64,000 nucleotides of DNA from Escherichia coli. Lineage in GTDB: Bacteria; Pseudomonadota; Gammaproteobacteria; Enterobacterales; Enterobacteriaceae. The translations under genes and the position numbers were made by a program. The stretch lies in the NCBI RefSeq assembly GCF_030384885.1, contig NZ_CP128613.1; one strand, 5' to 3'. Below, piece after piece: positions 10,594-21,386 of the stretch. Position 1 is the stretch's first letter. Each line of letters starts with the position of its first letter. The notes under the pieces were generated by a model. It was not told the DNA's origin and did not search any database. It saw only the letters and a list, made by a program, of their open reading frames with translations.

Positions 10594-11913
10594 ATGGATA
10601 TCTGCTCCCGAAACGTGAAATTAGCGATTAGAAGACCAGCGGCACTGGTTGCACTGGCACTTTTACTGAGTAGTTGTAAAAGCACGCCTCCAGATTCAAT
10701 GGTGACACCACCAGCAGGCTCAAAGCCACCAGCCTCGGCGCAACAATCATCACAACCGATGCGCGGCATCTGGCTGGCCACGGTGTCTCGCCTCGACTGG
10801 CCACCGGTTTCCTCGGTTAACATTAGTAACCCCACCAGCCGGATCCGCGTACAACAACAGGCGATGATCGACAAGCTCGATCATCTGCAACGTCTCGGTA
10901 TAAACACGGTCTTTTTCCAGGTCAAGCCGGACGGTACCGCACTATGGCCATCGAAAATTTTGCCGTGGTCCGATCTTATGACCGGTAAGATTGGCGAAAA
11001 CCCGGGTTACGATCCGTTGCAATTTATGCTCGACGAAGCCCACAAGCGTGGGATGAAAGTACACGCCTGGTTTAACCCTTACCGCGTATCGGTTAATACA
11101 AAGCCTGGTACTATCAGGGAACTGAATAGCACCCTGTCTCAACAACCGGCCAGCGTCTATGTGCAACACCGCGACTGGATAAGAACGTCGGGTGATCGGT
11201 TTGTCCTCGACCCAGGCATCCCTGAGGTTCAGGACTGGATCACATCAATAGTCGCGGAAGTGGTTTCCCGCTATCCGGTAGATGGCGTGCAGTTTGACGA
11301 CTATTTTTATACTGAGTCGCCGGGCTCACGGTTAAATGATAACGAGACGTACCGCAAATACGGAGGCGCATTTGCGTCAAAAGCAGACTGGCGGCGCAAC
11401 AATACCCAGCAGTTAATTGCGAAGGTTTCGCACACCATTAAAAGCATTAAGCCGGAAGTCGAATTTGGCGTTAGCCCGGCAGGCGTGTGGCGTAACCGAT
11501 CACACGATCCGCTCGGTTCTGATACCCGAGGCGCGGCAGCCTATGACGAATCCTACGCTGACACGCGCCGATGGGTGGAACAAGGATTGCTGGATTACAT
11601 TGCCCCCCAAATTTACTGGCCATTCTCGCGGAGTGCCGCGCGTTATGACGTGTTGGCAAAATGGTGGGCGGATGTCGTAAAACCAACTAAGACCCGCCTG
11701 TATATCGGTATCGCCTTCTATAAAGTGGGTGAACCTTCAAAGATAGAACCAGACTGGATGATTAACGGTGGCGTACCGGAACTGAAAAAGCAGCTCGATC
11801 TTAACGATGCTGTACCAGAAATCAGCGGCACAATCTTGTTCCGTGAGGACTATCTGAACAAACCTCAGACTCAACAAGCGGTCAGCTATTTGCAAAGTCG
11901 TTGGGGCAGTTAA
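10594..11913 (+). CDS. yddW: Lipoprotein, putative glycosyl-hydrolase-like (439 aa)
   Basis: Signal peptide with lipobox LLSSC; matches remembered YddW. Confidence 0.85.
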   Translation: MDICSRNVKLAIRRPAALVALALLLSSCKSTPPDSMVTPPAGSKPPASAQQSSQPMRGIWLATVSRLDWPPVSSVNISNPTSRIRVQQQAMIDKLDHLQRLGINTVFFQVKPDGTALWPSKILPWSDLMTGKIGENPGYDPLQFMLDEAHKRGMKVHAWFNPYRVSVNTKPGTIRELNSTLSQQPASVYVQHRDWIRTSGDRFVLDPGIPEVQDWITSIVAEVVSRYPVDGVQFDDYFYTESPGSRLNDNETYRKYGGAFASKADWRRNNTQQLIAKVSHTIKSIKPEVEFGVSPAGVWRNRSHDPLGSDTRGAAAYDESYADTRRWVEQGLLDYIAPQIYWPFSRSAARYDVLAKWWADVVKPTKTRLYIGIAFYKVGEPSKIEPDWMINGGVPELKKQLDLNDAVPEISGTILFREDYLNKPQTQQAVSYLQSRWGS

Positions 11914-12276
11914 ACTTGTAACATGGCCGGTACTTTACCCACCGGCTTGCTACCCTCTTGAAATATCCCACTAGTAATCATGCTTACTTAAGTCAAATTA
12001 ACCACACAATTAAACACACTTAGTTAAATAGCCATAAAACCCCTAATAAAAATGTATGAATATGAAAACCCTACGGTATTCGCTGTTTCCGAAAAATAAT
12101 TACGATGGGCTATACTCTTCTGAAGAACAGTAGCGTAGATTGAAACTGTCCTAAGTCGCTTATTTGTTTTCAGTATATCTTCATATTTCAGGAGAATATG
12201 TGCAGTTAGTCGATCTCGCACGTTGCGTTTCGTTTTTGATTCCGTCTGCTTTCCCAGCCTTATAAGGGTGTGAATT

Positions 12277-13659
12277 ATGGAGATGTATTTTAAAAGAATG
12301 AAAGATGAGTGGACCGGGCTTGTCGAACAAGCAGATCCGCTCATTCGTGCTAAAGCCGCGGAAATTGCCGTTGCGCATGCCCATTATCTGAGTATTGAGT
12401 TTTACCGAATTGTCCGTATCGACCCGCATGCCGAAGAATTCTTGAGTAATGAACAAGTTGAGCGGCAGCTGAAAAGTGCGATGGAACGCTGGATTATTAA
12501 TGTGCTTTCTGCCCAGGTTGACGATGTTGAAAGGCTAATACAAATCCAGCATACCGTCGCAGAAGTGCATGCCCGCATCGGCATTCCAGTAGAAATTGTC
12601 GAGATGGGGTTTCGGGTGCTGAAAAAAATCCTCTATCCGGTCATCTTCTCTTCGGATTATTCTGCCGCAGAAAAACTTCAGGTCTACCATTTCTCGATTA
12701 ACAGTATTGATATCGCGATGGAAGTCATGACCCGCGCGTTTACCTTTAGTGACAGTAGTGCCTCAAAAGAAGATGAAAACTATCGTATCTTCTCGTTACT
12801 GGAAAACGCCGAAGAAGAAAAAGAACGGCAAATAGCCTCAATCCTTTCATGGGAAATTGACATTATCTATAAAGTTCTGCTGGATTCTGATTTAGGCAGT
12901 AGTTTGCCTTTAAGCCAGGCTGATTTTGGCCTGTGGTTTAACCATAAAGGTCGACATTATTTTAGCGGCATTGCCGAAGTGGGTCATATCTCCCGCCTGA
13001 TTCAGGATTTCGACGGTATTTTTAATCAAACCATACGTAATACAAAAAATTTGAGCAACAAAACTCTGCGGGTGAGATTTTTATTACAGATAAGAAATAC
13101 CGTATCGCAAATTATTACCTTGCTGCGTGAATTATTTGAAGAAGTATCTCGCCACGAAGTGGGTATGGATGTACTGACAAAATTACTTAACCGCCGCTTC
13201 CTGCCGACCATCTTTAAACGCGAAATTGCCCATGCCAACCGGACCGGAACCCCCCTGTCAGTGCTGATTATTGACGTTGATAAATTCAAAGAGATCAACG
13301 ATACGTGGGGCCATAACACCGGTGATGAAATTTTGCGTAAAGTTTCTCAGGCCTTTTATGACAACGTCCACAGTAGTGATTATGTTTTTCGTTACGGGGG
13401 AGATGAATTTATCATTGTTTTGACTGAAGCTTCTGAAAACGAAACGTTACGTACCGCAGAACGTATTCGCAGTCGGGTGGAGAAAACCAAACTGAAAGCC
13501 GCAAACGGCGAAGATATTGCCCTCTCACTTTCCATCGGTGCCGCCATGTTTAATGGTCATCCTGACTATGAGCGCCTCATTCAAATAGCCGATGAAGCTC
13601 TGTATATCGCCAAAAGACGAGGTAGAAACCGTGTTGAACTCTGGAAAGCCAGTCTTTAG
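12277..13659 (+). CDS. dosC: Diguanylate cyclase with globin-coupled sensor (460 aa)
   Basis: GGDEF motif (RYGGDEF) in the C-terminal domain; matches remembered DosC/YddV. Confidence 0.92.
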   Translation: MEMYFKRMKDEWTGLVEQADPLIRAKAAEIAVAHAHYLSIEFYRIVRIDPHAEEFLSNEQVERQLKSAMERWIINVLSAQVDDVERLIQIQHTVAEVHARIGIPVEIVEMGFRVLKKILYPVIFSSDYSAAEKLQVYHFSINSIDIAMEVMTRAFTFSDSSASKEDENYRIFSLLENAEEEKERQIASILSWEIDIIYKVLLDSDLGSSLPLSQADFGLWFNHKGRHYFSGIAEVGHISRLIQDFDGIFNQTIRNTKNLSNKTLRVRFLLQIRNTVSQIITLLRELFEEVSRHEVGMDVLTKLLNRRFLPTIFKREIAHANRTGTPLSVLIIDVDKFKEINDTWGHNTGDEILRKVSQAFYDNVHSSDYVFRYGGDEFIIVLTEASENETLRTAERIRSRVEKTKLKAANGEDIALSLSIGAAMFNGHPDYERLIQIADEALYIAKRRGRNRVELWKASL

Positions 13660-13683
13660 ATGCGCCAGGATGCAGAGGTAATC

Positions 13684-16083
13684 ATGAAGCTAACCGATGC
13701 GGATAATGCCGCCGATGGCATTTTTTTCCCCGCCCTTGAGCAAAATATGATGGGCGCGGTGTTAATTAACGAAAATGATGAAGTGATGTTTTTCAACCCC
13801 GCCGCAGAGAAGCTCTGGGGATACAAACGTGAAGAAGTCATTGGCAATAACATTGATATGCTGATTCCGCGGGATTTGCGTCCTGCGCATCCTGAATATA
13901 TCCGTCACAACCGTGAAGGCGGTAAAGCGCGCGTCGAGGGGATGAGTCGGGAGCTGCAGCTGGAGAAAAAAGACGGCAGTAAAATCTGGACCCGTTTTGC
14001 GCTATCGAAAGTGAGCGCCGAGGGTAAAATTTATTACCTGGCGCTGGTACGGGATGCCAGCGTAGAAATGGCGCAAAAAGAACAGATCCGACAATTGATT
14101 ATTGCTGTTGACCATCTCGACCGACCGGTGATTGTCCTCGATCCGGAACGCCATATTGTGCAGTGCAATCGCGCATTTACCGAAATGTTTGGTTACTGCA
14201 TTAGCGAAGCCAGCGGTATGCAGCCCGATACACTCCTGAACATTCCTGAATTCCCTGCCGATAACCGCATTCGTTTACAACAGTTGCTATGGAAAACCGC
14301 CCGCGATCAGGATGAATTTCTGCTGTTGACGCGCACCGGTGAAAAAATCTGGATTAAAGCCTCTATCAGCCCGGTCTATGACGTACTCGCACATCTTCAA
14401 AACCTGGTAATGACTTTCTCGGATATCACCGAAGAACGGCAAATCCGCCAGCTTGAAGGCAATATTCTCGCCGCCATGTGCAGCAGCCCGCCATTTCATG
14501 AAATGGGGGAAATCATTTGTCGTAACATCGAATCTGTTCTCAACGAATCGCATGTTTCGCTGTTCGCGCTGCGCAACGGGATGCCGATACACTGGGCGTC
14601 ATCTTCGCACGGTACAGAAGTTCAAAATGCGCAAAGCTGGTCAGCGACCATTCGTCAGCGTGATGGCGCACCGGCGGGGATCCTGCAAATTAAAACCTCG
14701 TCAGGAGCAGAAACCAGCGCCTTTATCGAACGCGTGGCAGATATCAGCCAGCATATGGCCGCGCTGGCGCTGGAACAGGAAAAAAGCCGTCAGCATATTG
14801 AACAACTCATCCAATTTGATCCGATGACCGGTCTGCCAAATCGCAATAACCTGCACAATTACCTCGATGACCTGGTCGACAAAGCCGTCTCTCCGGTGGT
14901 CTATCTCATCGGTGTTGACCATATTCAGGATGTGATTGATAGCCTTGGCTATGCGTGGGCCGATCAGGCATTGCTGGAAGTGGTCAATCGCTTTCGTGAA
15001 AAACTCAAACCGGATCAGTATCTCTGTCGTATCGAAGGTACGCAGTTTGTCCTCGTGAGCCTGGAAAACGACGTCAGTAACATTACCCAAATCGCCGATG
15101 AGCTACGGAATGTGGTCAGCAAGCCGATAATGATTGACGATAAACCATTCCCGCTCACCTTGAGCATTGGCATCAGCTACGACGTGGGTAAAAACCGCGA
15201 TTACCTGCTCTCCACTGCCCATAACGCGATGGATTATATTCGCAAGAATGGCGGTAACGGCTGGCAGTTCTTCAGCCCGGTGATGAACGAAATGGTGAAA
15301 GAACGATTGATATTAGGCGCAGCGCTGAAAGAAGCGATTAGCAATAACCAACTGAAACTGGTTTACCAGCCACAAATCTTCGCAGAAACGGGTGAACTGT
15401 ACGGCATCGAAGCCCTTGCTCGCTGGCACGATCCTCTGCATGGTCATGTGCCCCCTTCACGGTTTATTCCTCTCGCAGAAGAGATTGGCGAAATCGAAAA
15501 TATTGGGCGCTGGGTCATCGCGGAAGCTTGCCGTCAGTTAGCAGAATGGCGTAGCCAGAATATTCATATTCCAGCGTTATCCGTTAACTTGTCTGCGCTG
15601 CACTTCCGCAGTAATCAGCTGCCTAATCAGGTGTCTGATGCAATGCAAGTCTGGGGCATTGACGGCCACCAGCTAACGGTGGAAATCACCGAAAGCATGA
15701 TGATGGAACACGATACGGAAATTTTTAAGCGCATCCAGATCCTGCGCGATATGGGCGTGGGTTTATCGGTAGATGATTTTGGCACGGGTTTTTCCGGGTT
15801 ATCCCGCTTAGTCAGTCTTCCGGTAACGGAAATCAAAATTGACAAAAGTTTTGTTGATCGTTGTCTGACTGAAAAACGCATCCTTGCCTTACTTGAAGCT
15901 ATTACCAGCATTGGGCAAAGCCTGAATTTAACCGTCGTAGCGGAAGGCGTCGAAACCAAAGAGCAATTTGAGATGCTACGCAAGATTCACTGTCGCGTTA
16001 TTCAGGGATATTTCTTTTCCCGCCCCCTGCCCGCCGAAGAAATTCCAGGCTGGATGAGTAGCGTGTTACCGCTGAAAATCTGA
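13684..16083 (+). CDS. dosP: c-di-GMP phosphodiesterase, heme PAS sensor (799 aa)
   Basis: Protein begins MKLTDADNAADGIFFPALEQ; PAS domains followed by an EAL domain (EAL motif in GIEALARW); ORF-track start 13660 is over-extended by 8 codons. Confidence 0.9.
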   Translation: MKLTDADNAADGIFFPALEQNMMGAVLINENDEVMFFNPAAEKLWGYKREEVIGNNIDMLIPRDLRPAHPEYIRHNREGGKARVEGMSRELQLEKKDGSKIWTRFALSKVSAEGKIYYLALVRDASVEMAQKEQIRQLIIAVDHLDRPVIVLDPERHIVQCNRAFTEMFGYCISEASGMQPDTLLNIPEFPADNRIRLQQLLWKTARDQDEFLLLTRTGEKIWIKASISPVYDVLAHLQNLVMTFSDITEERQIRQLEGNILAAMCSSPPFHEMGEIICRNIESVLNESHVSLFALRNGMPIHWASSSHGTEVQNAQSWSATIRQRDGAPAGILQIKTSSGAETSAFIERVADISQHMAALALEQEKSRQHIEQLIQFDPMTGLPNRNNLHNYLDDLVDKAVSPVVYLIGVDHIQDVIDSLGYAWADQALLEVVNRFREKLKPDQYLCRIEGTQFVLVSLENDVSNITQIADELRNVVSKPIMIDDKPFPLTLSIGISYDVGKNRDYLLSTAHNAMDYIRKNGGNGWQFFSPVMNEMVKERLILGAALKEAISNNQLKLVYQPQIFAETGELYGIEALARWHDPLHGHVPPSRFIPLAEEIGEIENIGRWVIAEACRQLAEWRSQNIHIPALSVNLSALHFRSNQLPNQVSDAMQVWGIDGHQLTVEITESMMMEHDTEIFKRIQILRDMGVGLSVDDFGTGFSGLSRLVSLPVTEIKIDKSFVDRCLTEKRILALLEAITSIGQSLNLTVVAEGVETKEQFEMLRKIHCRVIQGYFFSRPLPAEEIPGWMSSVLPLKI

Positions 16084-16094
16084 CAAATCCCTCT

Positions 16095-16120
16095 CGCCCG
16101 CACTCGCGGGTTTTCTTTTA
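16095..16120 (+). terminator. Rho-independent terminator after dosP
   Basis: Stem CCCGC-ACTC-GCGGG followed by TTTTCTTTT. Confidence 0.65.
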
Positions 16121-16340
16121 ACGTGACACTGTCACTTAAATACTGTGATTTCAGCTACGATTCCGGGAGATTCCTTCCTTAACTTCCCCTCTTGCACCAA
16201 AACTGCACTACGCTGCACAAATGTTGATCAAAAGTTAAAAAATATAACTTTAAGCCAGCATTCTGGCGCTTATCCCGGCATGGCATGAGATCTGCATAAG
16301 CGGAAAGCGCAGCAATTTTTGTCTTATACAGGAACCGTTT

Positions 16341-16922
16341 ATGTCGGATACCACCGAACTGGTTGATTTAGCCGTGATCTTCCCTGATCTGGAGATCGAA
16401 TTGAAATACGCCTGCGCTGATAACATCACAGGTAAAGCTATTTATCAGCAAGCGCGTTGTCTGTTACACAAGGATGCGATTACCGCGCTGGCGAAAAGTA
16501 TCAGTATCGCCCAGCTGTCAGGCTTACAACTGGTGATTTACGATGCGTATCGCCCACAACAAGCACAGGCGATGTTGTGGCAAACCTGCCCAGACCCGCA
16601 ATATGTTGTTGATGTGACGGTCGGTTCTAATCACAGCCGTGGCACGGCGATCGACCTGACGCTTCGTGATGAGCACGGGAACATCCTCGATATGGGCGCA
16701 GAGTTCGATGAAATGCACGAACGTTCCCATGCTTACCATCCTTCCGTCCCGCCCGCCGCTCAGCGCAATCGCCTGTTGCTGAATGCGATTATGACTGGCG
16801 GTGGCTTTGTCGGTATCCCGAGCGAATGGTGGCACTTCGAATTACCCCAGGCAGCGAGTTACCCACTACTCGCTGATCAATTCACCTGTTTTATATCCCC
16901 TGGCACACAGCACGCCAGTTAA
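16341..16922 (+). CDS. ddpX: D-alanyl-D-alanine dipeptidase (193 aa)
   Basis: VanX-like zinc dipeptidase; matches remembered DdpX; first gene of the ddp operon. Confidence 0.9.
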   Translation: MSDTTELVDLAVIFPDLEIELKYACADNITGKAIYQQARCLLHKDAITALAKSISIAQLSGLQLVIYDAYRPQQAQAMLWQTCPDPQYVVDVTVGSNHSRGTAIDLTLRDEHGNILDMGAEFDEMHERSHAYHPSVPPAAQRNRLLLNAIMTGGGFVGIPSEWWHFELPQAASYPLLADQFTCFISPGTQHAS

Positions 16923-16935
16923 TCAGGAAACTGTC

Positions 16936-18486
16936 ATGAATAGATCGATTTCGTTTCGTCCTACATTGCTCGCGATCGTCCTTGCCACAACAATGCCGGT
17001 TGCGCACGCCGCCGTACCGAAAGATATGCTGGTGATCGGTAAAGCTGCCGACCCACAAACCCTCGACCCGGCGGTAACAATTGATAATAACGACTGGACA
17101 GTGACCTACCCGTCTTATCAGCGACTGGTTCAGTACAAAACGGACGGTGATAAAGGCTCAACAGACGTTGAAGGCGATCTGGCGAGTAGCTGGAAAGCGT
17201 CTGACGATCAAAAAGAGTGGACGTTCACCCTGAAGGACAATGCTAAATTTGCCGATGGCACACCCGTCACTGCCGAAGCAGTAAAACTCTCTTTTGAGCG
17301 GTTACTAAAAATCGGTCAGGGGCCAGCAGAAGCATTTCCCAAAGATTTAAAGATTGATGCTCCCGACGAACATACGGTGAGGTTTACCCTTAGCCAGCCA
17401 TTCGCACCGTTCCTCTACACGCTGGCGAATGACGGTGCATCCATTATCAATCCGGCGGTCTTAAAAGAACATGCGGCCGATGATGCCCGTGGTTTCCTCG
17501 CGCAAAATACCGCTGGCTCCGGACCGTTTATGCTGAAAAGCTGGCAAAAAGGTCAGCAATTAGTTCTGGTGCCAAATCCGCATTACCCCGGCAATAAACC
17601 GAACTTCAAACGGGTATCGGTAAAAATTATCGGTGAAAGTGCCTCCCGTCGCCTGCAGCTCTCCCGTGGCGACATTGACATTGCCGATGCGCTGCCGGTG
17701 GATCAACTCAACGCCCTGAAGCAGGAAAACAAAGTCAACGTGGCAGAGTATCCGTCACTGCGCGTCACCTATCTGTATCTCAATAACAGCAAAGCGCCAC
17801 TTAATCAGGCGGATCTGCGTCGGGCCATTTCCTGGTCTACCGATTATCAGGGTATGGTTAACGGCATTCTGAGCGGTAACGGAAAACAAATGCGCGGCCC
17901 GATTCCGGAAGGCATGTGGGGATACGATGCGACGGCAATGCAATACAACCATGACGAAACGAAAGCCAAAGCCGAATGGGATAAAGTGACGAGCAAACCC
18001 ACTAGCCTGACGTTTCTCTACTCCGATAACGATCCGAACTGGGAACCTATTGCTCTGGCAACACAATCCAGCCTCAACAAGCTGGGCATCAATGTGAAGC
18101 TGGAAAAGCTGGCGAACGCCACCATGCGCGACAGAGTGGGTAAAGGTGATTACGACATCGCGATTGGCAACTGGAGTCCGGATTTTGCCGACCCGTATAT
18201 GTTTATGAATTACTGGTTTGAGTCCGACAAAAAAGGTCTGCCGGGTAACCGCTCGTTCTATGAAAACAGTGAGGTCGATAAGTTACTGCGCAATGCGCTA
18301 GCGACCACCGACCAGACGCAGCGTACCCGGGACTACCAGCAGGCACAGAAAATCGTCATTGATGACGCTGCTTATGTGTATCTGTTCCAGAAAAACTACC
18401 AACTGGCGATGAACAAAGAGGTGAAAGGCTTTGTGTTCAATCCCATGCTGGAACAGGTCTTCAATATCAATACCATGAGTAAATAA
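16936..18486 (+). CDS. ddpA: D-Ala-D-Ala ABC transporter periplasmic binding protein (516 aa)
   Basis: Begins MNRSISFRPTLLAIVLATTMPVAHA (signal peptide); ORF-track start 16801 is over-extended into ddpX. Confidence 0.9.
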   Translation: MNRSISFRPTLLAIVLATTMPVAHAAVPKDMLVIGKAADPQTLDPAVTIDNNDWTVTYPSYQRLVQYKTDGDKGSTDVEGDLASSWKASDDQKEWTFTLKDNAKFADGTPVTAEAVKLSFERLLKIGQGPAEAFPKDLKIDAPDEHTVRFTLSQPFAPFLYTLANDGASIINPAVLKEHAADDARGFLAQNTAGSGPFMLKSWQKGQQLVLVPNPHYPGNKPNFKRVSVKIIGESASRRLQLSRGDIDIADALPVDQLNALKQENKVNVAEYPSLRVTYLYLNNSKAPLNQADLRRAISWSTDYQGMVNGILSGNGKQMRGPIPEGMWGYDATAMQYNHDETKAKAEWDKVTSKPTSLTFLYSDNDPNWEPIALATQSSLNKLGINVKLEKLANATMRDRVGKGDYDIAIGNWSPDFADPYMFMNYWFESDKKGLPGNRSFYENSEVDKLLRNALATTDQTQRTRDYQQAQKIVIDDAAYVYLFQKNYQLAMNKEVKGFVFNPMLEQVFNINTMSK

Positions 18487-18487
18487 C

Positions 18488-19510
18488 GTGACCTTCTGGA
18501 GTATTTTACGCCAACGCTGCTGGGGGCTGGTGCTCGTGGTGGCGGGCGTCTGTGTGATTACGTTTATTATCTCGCACCTGATCCCCGGCGACCCGGCGCG
18601 GTTACTGGCGGGTGACCGCGCCAGCGATGCTATCGTGGATAATATTCGCCAGCAACTGGGACTGGACCAGCCACTGTACGTACAGTTTTACCGCTACGTC
18701 AGCGACCTGTTTCAGGGTGACCTGGGAACATCCATTCGTACCGGGCGTCCGGTGCTGGAAGAGTTGCGCATATTTTTCCCGGCGACGCTGGAACTGGCAT
18801 TTTGCGCCCTGCTGCTGGCACTCCTGGTTGGTATCCCGCTGGGCATACTCTCTGCAGTCTGGCGAAATCGCTGGCTGGATCATCTGGTGCGAATAATGGC
18901 CATTACCGGAATCTCCACACCTGCGTTCTGGCTTGGGCTGGGCGTCATTGTGCTGTTTTATGGTCATCTGCAAATTCTTCCCGGCGGCGGAAGGCTTGAT
19001 GACTGGCTGGATCCACCAACGCACGTTACCGGCTTTTATCTGCTCGATGCGCTGCTTGAAGGCAACGGTGAAGTCTTCTTCAATGCGCTGCAACATCTCA
19101 TCTTACCGGCATTAACGCTGGCGTTCGTTCACCTGGGGATTGTCGCTCGCCAGATCCGCTCAGCTATGCTGGAACAATTGAGTGAAGACTACATTCGTAC
19201 CGCCCGGGCCAGCGGCTTGCCCGGCTGGTATATCGTTTTATGTTATGCGCTACCCAATGCGTTGATCCCCTCGATTACCGTATTGGGGCTGGCGCTGGGC
19301 GATTTGTTGTATGGCGCAGTGCTCACCGAAACCGTTTTTGCCTGGCCCGGAATGGGTGCATGGGTAGTAACATCAATACAGGCGCTCGACTTCCCGGCAG
19401 TGATGGGCTTTGCCGTCGTGGTTTCATTTGCTTATGTGCTGGTCAACCTGGTGGTGGATTTGCTCTATTTGTGGATTGATCCGCGTATCGGACGTGGAGG
19501 TGATGAATGA
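18488..19510 (+). CDS. ddpB: ABC transporter permease (340 aa), GTG start
   Basis: GTG at 18488, two nt after the ddpA stop; membrane protein of the DppB type. Confidence 0.85.
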   Translation: MTFWSILRQRCWGLVLVVAGVCVITFIISHLIPGDPARLLAGDRASDAIVDNIRQQLGLDQPLYVQFYRYVSDLFQGDLGTSIRTGRPVLEELRIFFPATLELAFCALLLALLVGIPLGILSAVWRNRWLDHLVRIMAITGISTPAFWLGLGVIVLFYGHLQILPGGGRLDDWLDPPTHVTGFYLLDALLEGNGEVFFNALQHLILPALTLAFVHLGIVARQIRSAMLEQLSEDYIRTARASGLPGWYIVLCYALPNALIPSITVLGLALGDLLYGAVLTETVFAWPGMGAWVVTSIQALDFPAVMGFAVVVSFAYVLVNLVVDLLYLWIDPRIGRGGDE

Positions 19511-20403
19511 TGCTAAGCGAGGAAACGTCCGTCGTACGCCCACCAAAACAAACGCGATTTAACGGTGCAAAACTGGTATGGATGCTGAAAGGCAGTCCGC
19601 TCACCGTGACCGGCGCAGTCATCATTGTATTAATGCTATTGATGATGATTTTTTCACCGTGGCTGGCGACGCATGATCCCAACGCCATTGATTTAACTGC
19701 CCGCCTTTTGCCGCCTTCTGCGGCGCACTGGTTTGGCACCGATGAAGTGGGACGCGATCTGTTTAGCCGCGTACTGGTCGGCAGTCAGCAATCAATTCTC
19801 GCCGGATTAGTGGTGGTCGCCATTGCGGGTATGATGGGTTCGCTACTCGGGTGTCTATCCGGTGTGCTTGGCGGACGCGCAGACGCGATCATCATGCGCA
19901 TCATGGACATTATGCTGTCGATTCCTTCGCTGGTGCTGACAATGGCGCTGGCTGCCGCACTTGGACCGAGTTTGTTTAACGCCATGCTGGCGATTGCTAT
20001 CGTGCGAATCCCGTTTTATGTGCGCCTGGCGCGGGGGCAAACATTAGTTGTCCGCCAGTACACTTTCGTTCAGGCGGCGAAAACCTTCGGTGCGTCACGC
20101 TGGCATCTGATCAACTGGCATATTTTACGTAACTCCCTGCCGCCGCTGATTGTGCAGGCATCGCTGGATATTGGTAGCGCGATTTTAATGGCCGCCACGT
20201 TGGGATTTATTGGCCTGGGTGCTCAACAACCGAGTGCTGAATGGGGGGCGATGGTGGCGAATGGTCGCAACTATGTGCTCGATCAATGGTGGTATTGCGC
20301 ATTTCCGGGGGCAGCGATTTTGCTTACCGCCGTCGGGTTCAATCTCTTTGGTGATGGTATTCGCGATCTGCTTGACCCGAAAGCAGGAGGAAAGCAGTCA
20401 TGA
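19507..20403 (+). CDS. ddpC: ABC transporter permease (298 aa)
   Basis: ATGA overlap with the ddpB stop; DppC-type permease. Confidence 0.88.
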   Translation: MMLSEETSVVRPPKQTRFNGAKLVWMLKGSPLTVTGAVIIVLMLLMMIFSPWLATHDPNAIDLTARLLPPSAAHWFGTDEVGRDLFSRVLVGSQQSILAGLVVVAIAGMMGSLLGCLSGVLGGRADAIIMRIMDIMLSIPSLVLTMALAAALGPSLFNAMLAIAIVRIPFYVRLARGQTLVVRQYTFVQAAKTFGASRWHLINWHILRNSLPPLIVQASLDIGSAILMAATLGFIGLGAQQPSAEWGAMVANGRNYVLDQWWYCAFPGAAILLTAVGFNLFGDGIRDLLDPKAGGKQS

Positions 20404-21386
20404 CCCAACCCGTTCTGGACATTCAACAACTGCATTTGAGTTTCTCCGGTTTTAACGGCGACGTTCACGCGCTCAACAATGTGTCATTGAAAATCAACCG
20501 CGGTGAAATTGTCGGTCTGGTGGGAGAATCCGGCTCGGGTAAATCAGTCACTGCAATGTTGATTATGCGTCTGTTACCGACGGGCAGTTATTGCGTACAT
20601 CGGGGACATATTTCACTGCTGGGAGAAGATGCTCTTAACGCTCGGGAAAAACAGCTTCGTCAGTGGCGCGGCGCACGAGTGGCGATGATCTTTCAGGAAC
20701 CGATGACCGCCCTAAATCCGACACGTCGAATAGGTCTTCAGATGATGGACGTGATCCGCCATCATCAACCAATAAGTCGTCGGGAAGCCAGAGCTAAAGC
20801 GATTGCCCTGCTGGAAGAGATGCAAATCCCGGATGCCGTGGAAGTTATGTCGCGCTATCCGTTTGAGCTTTCAGGTGGTATGCGCCAGCGGGTAATGATT
20901 GCGCTGGCATTCTCCTGCGAGCCGCAATTGATTATTGCCGACGAACCGACTACGGCGCTGGACGTCACGGTACAGTTGCAGGTACTGCGTCTGCTTAAAC
21001 ATAAAGCCCGCGCCAGTGGAACTGCGGTACTGTTCATCAGCCATGATATGGCCGTGGTGTCGCAACTGTGCGATAGCGTTTACGTGATGTATGCCGGAAG
21101 CGTGATCGAGAGCGGTATGACGGCAGACGTTATCCATCATCCCCGGCATCCGTATACCATTGGTTTGCTGCAATGCGCACCGGAACATGGAATACCACGC
21201 CAGCCATTACCCGCCATTCCAGGGACGGTACCAAACCTCACCCATTTGCCTGACGGCTGCGCTTTTCGCGATCGTTGCTATGCGGCAGGTACACAGTGTG
21301 AAAACGTCCCGGCGCTGACAGCGTGTGGTGACAACAACCACCGCTGCGCCTGTTGGTATCCTCAGCAGGAGGTCATTAGTGTCTGA
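20400..21386 (+). CDS. ddpD: ABC transporter ATP-binding protein (328 aa)
   Basis: Walker A GESGSGKS, signature LSGGMRQR, Walker B; ATGA overlap with ddpC. Confidence 0.9.
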   Translation: MTQPVLDIQQLHLSFSGFNGDVHALNNVSLKINRGEIVGLVGESGSGKSVTAMLIMRLLPTGSYCVHRGHISLLGEDALNAREKQLRQWRGARVAMIFQEPMTALNPTRRIGLQMMDVIRHHQPISRREARAKAIALLEEMQIPDAVEVMSRYPFELSGGMRQRVMIALAFSCEPQLIIADEPTTALDVTVQLQVLRLLKHKARASGTAVLFISHDMAVVSQLCDSVYVMYAGSVIESGMTADVIHHPRHPYTIGLLQCAPEHGIPRQPLPAIPGTVPNLTHLPDGCAFRDRCYAAGTQCENVPALTACGDNNHRCACWYPQQEVISV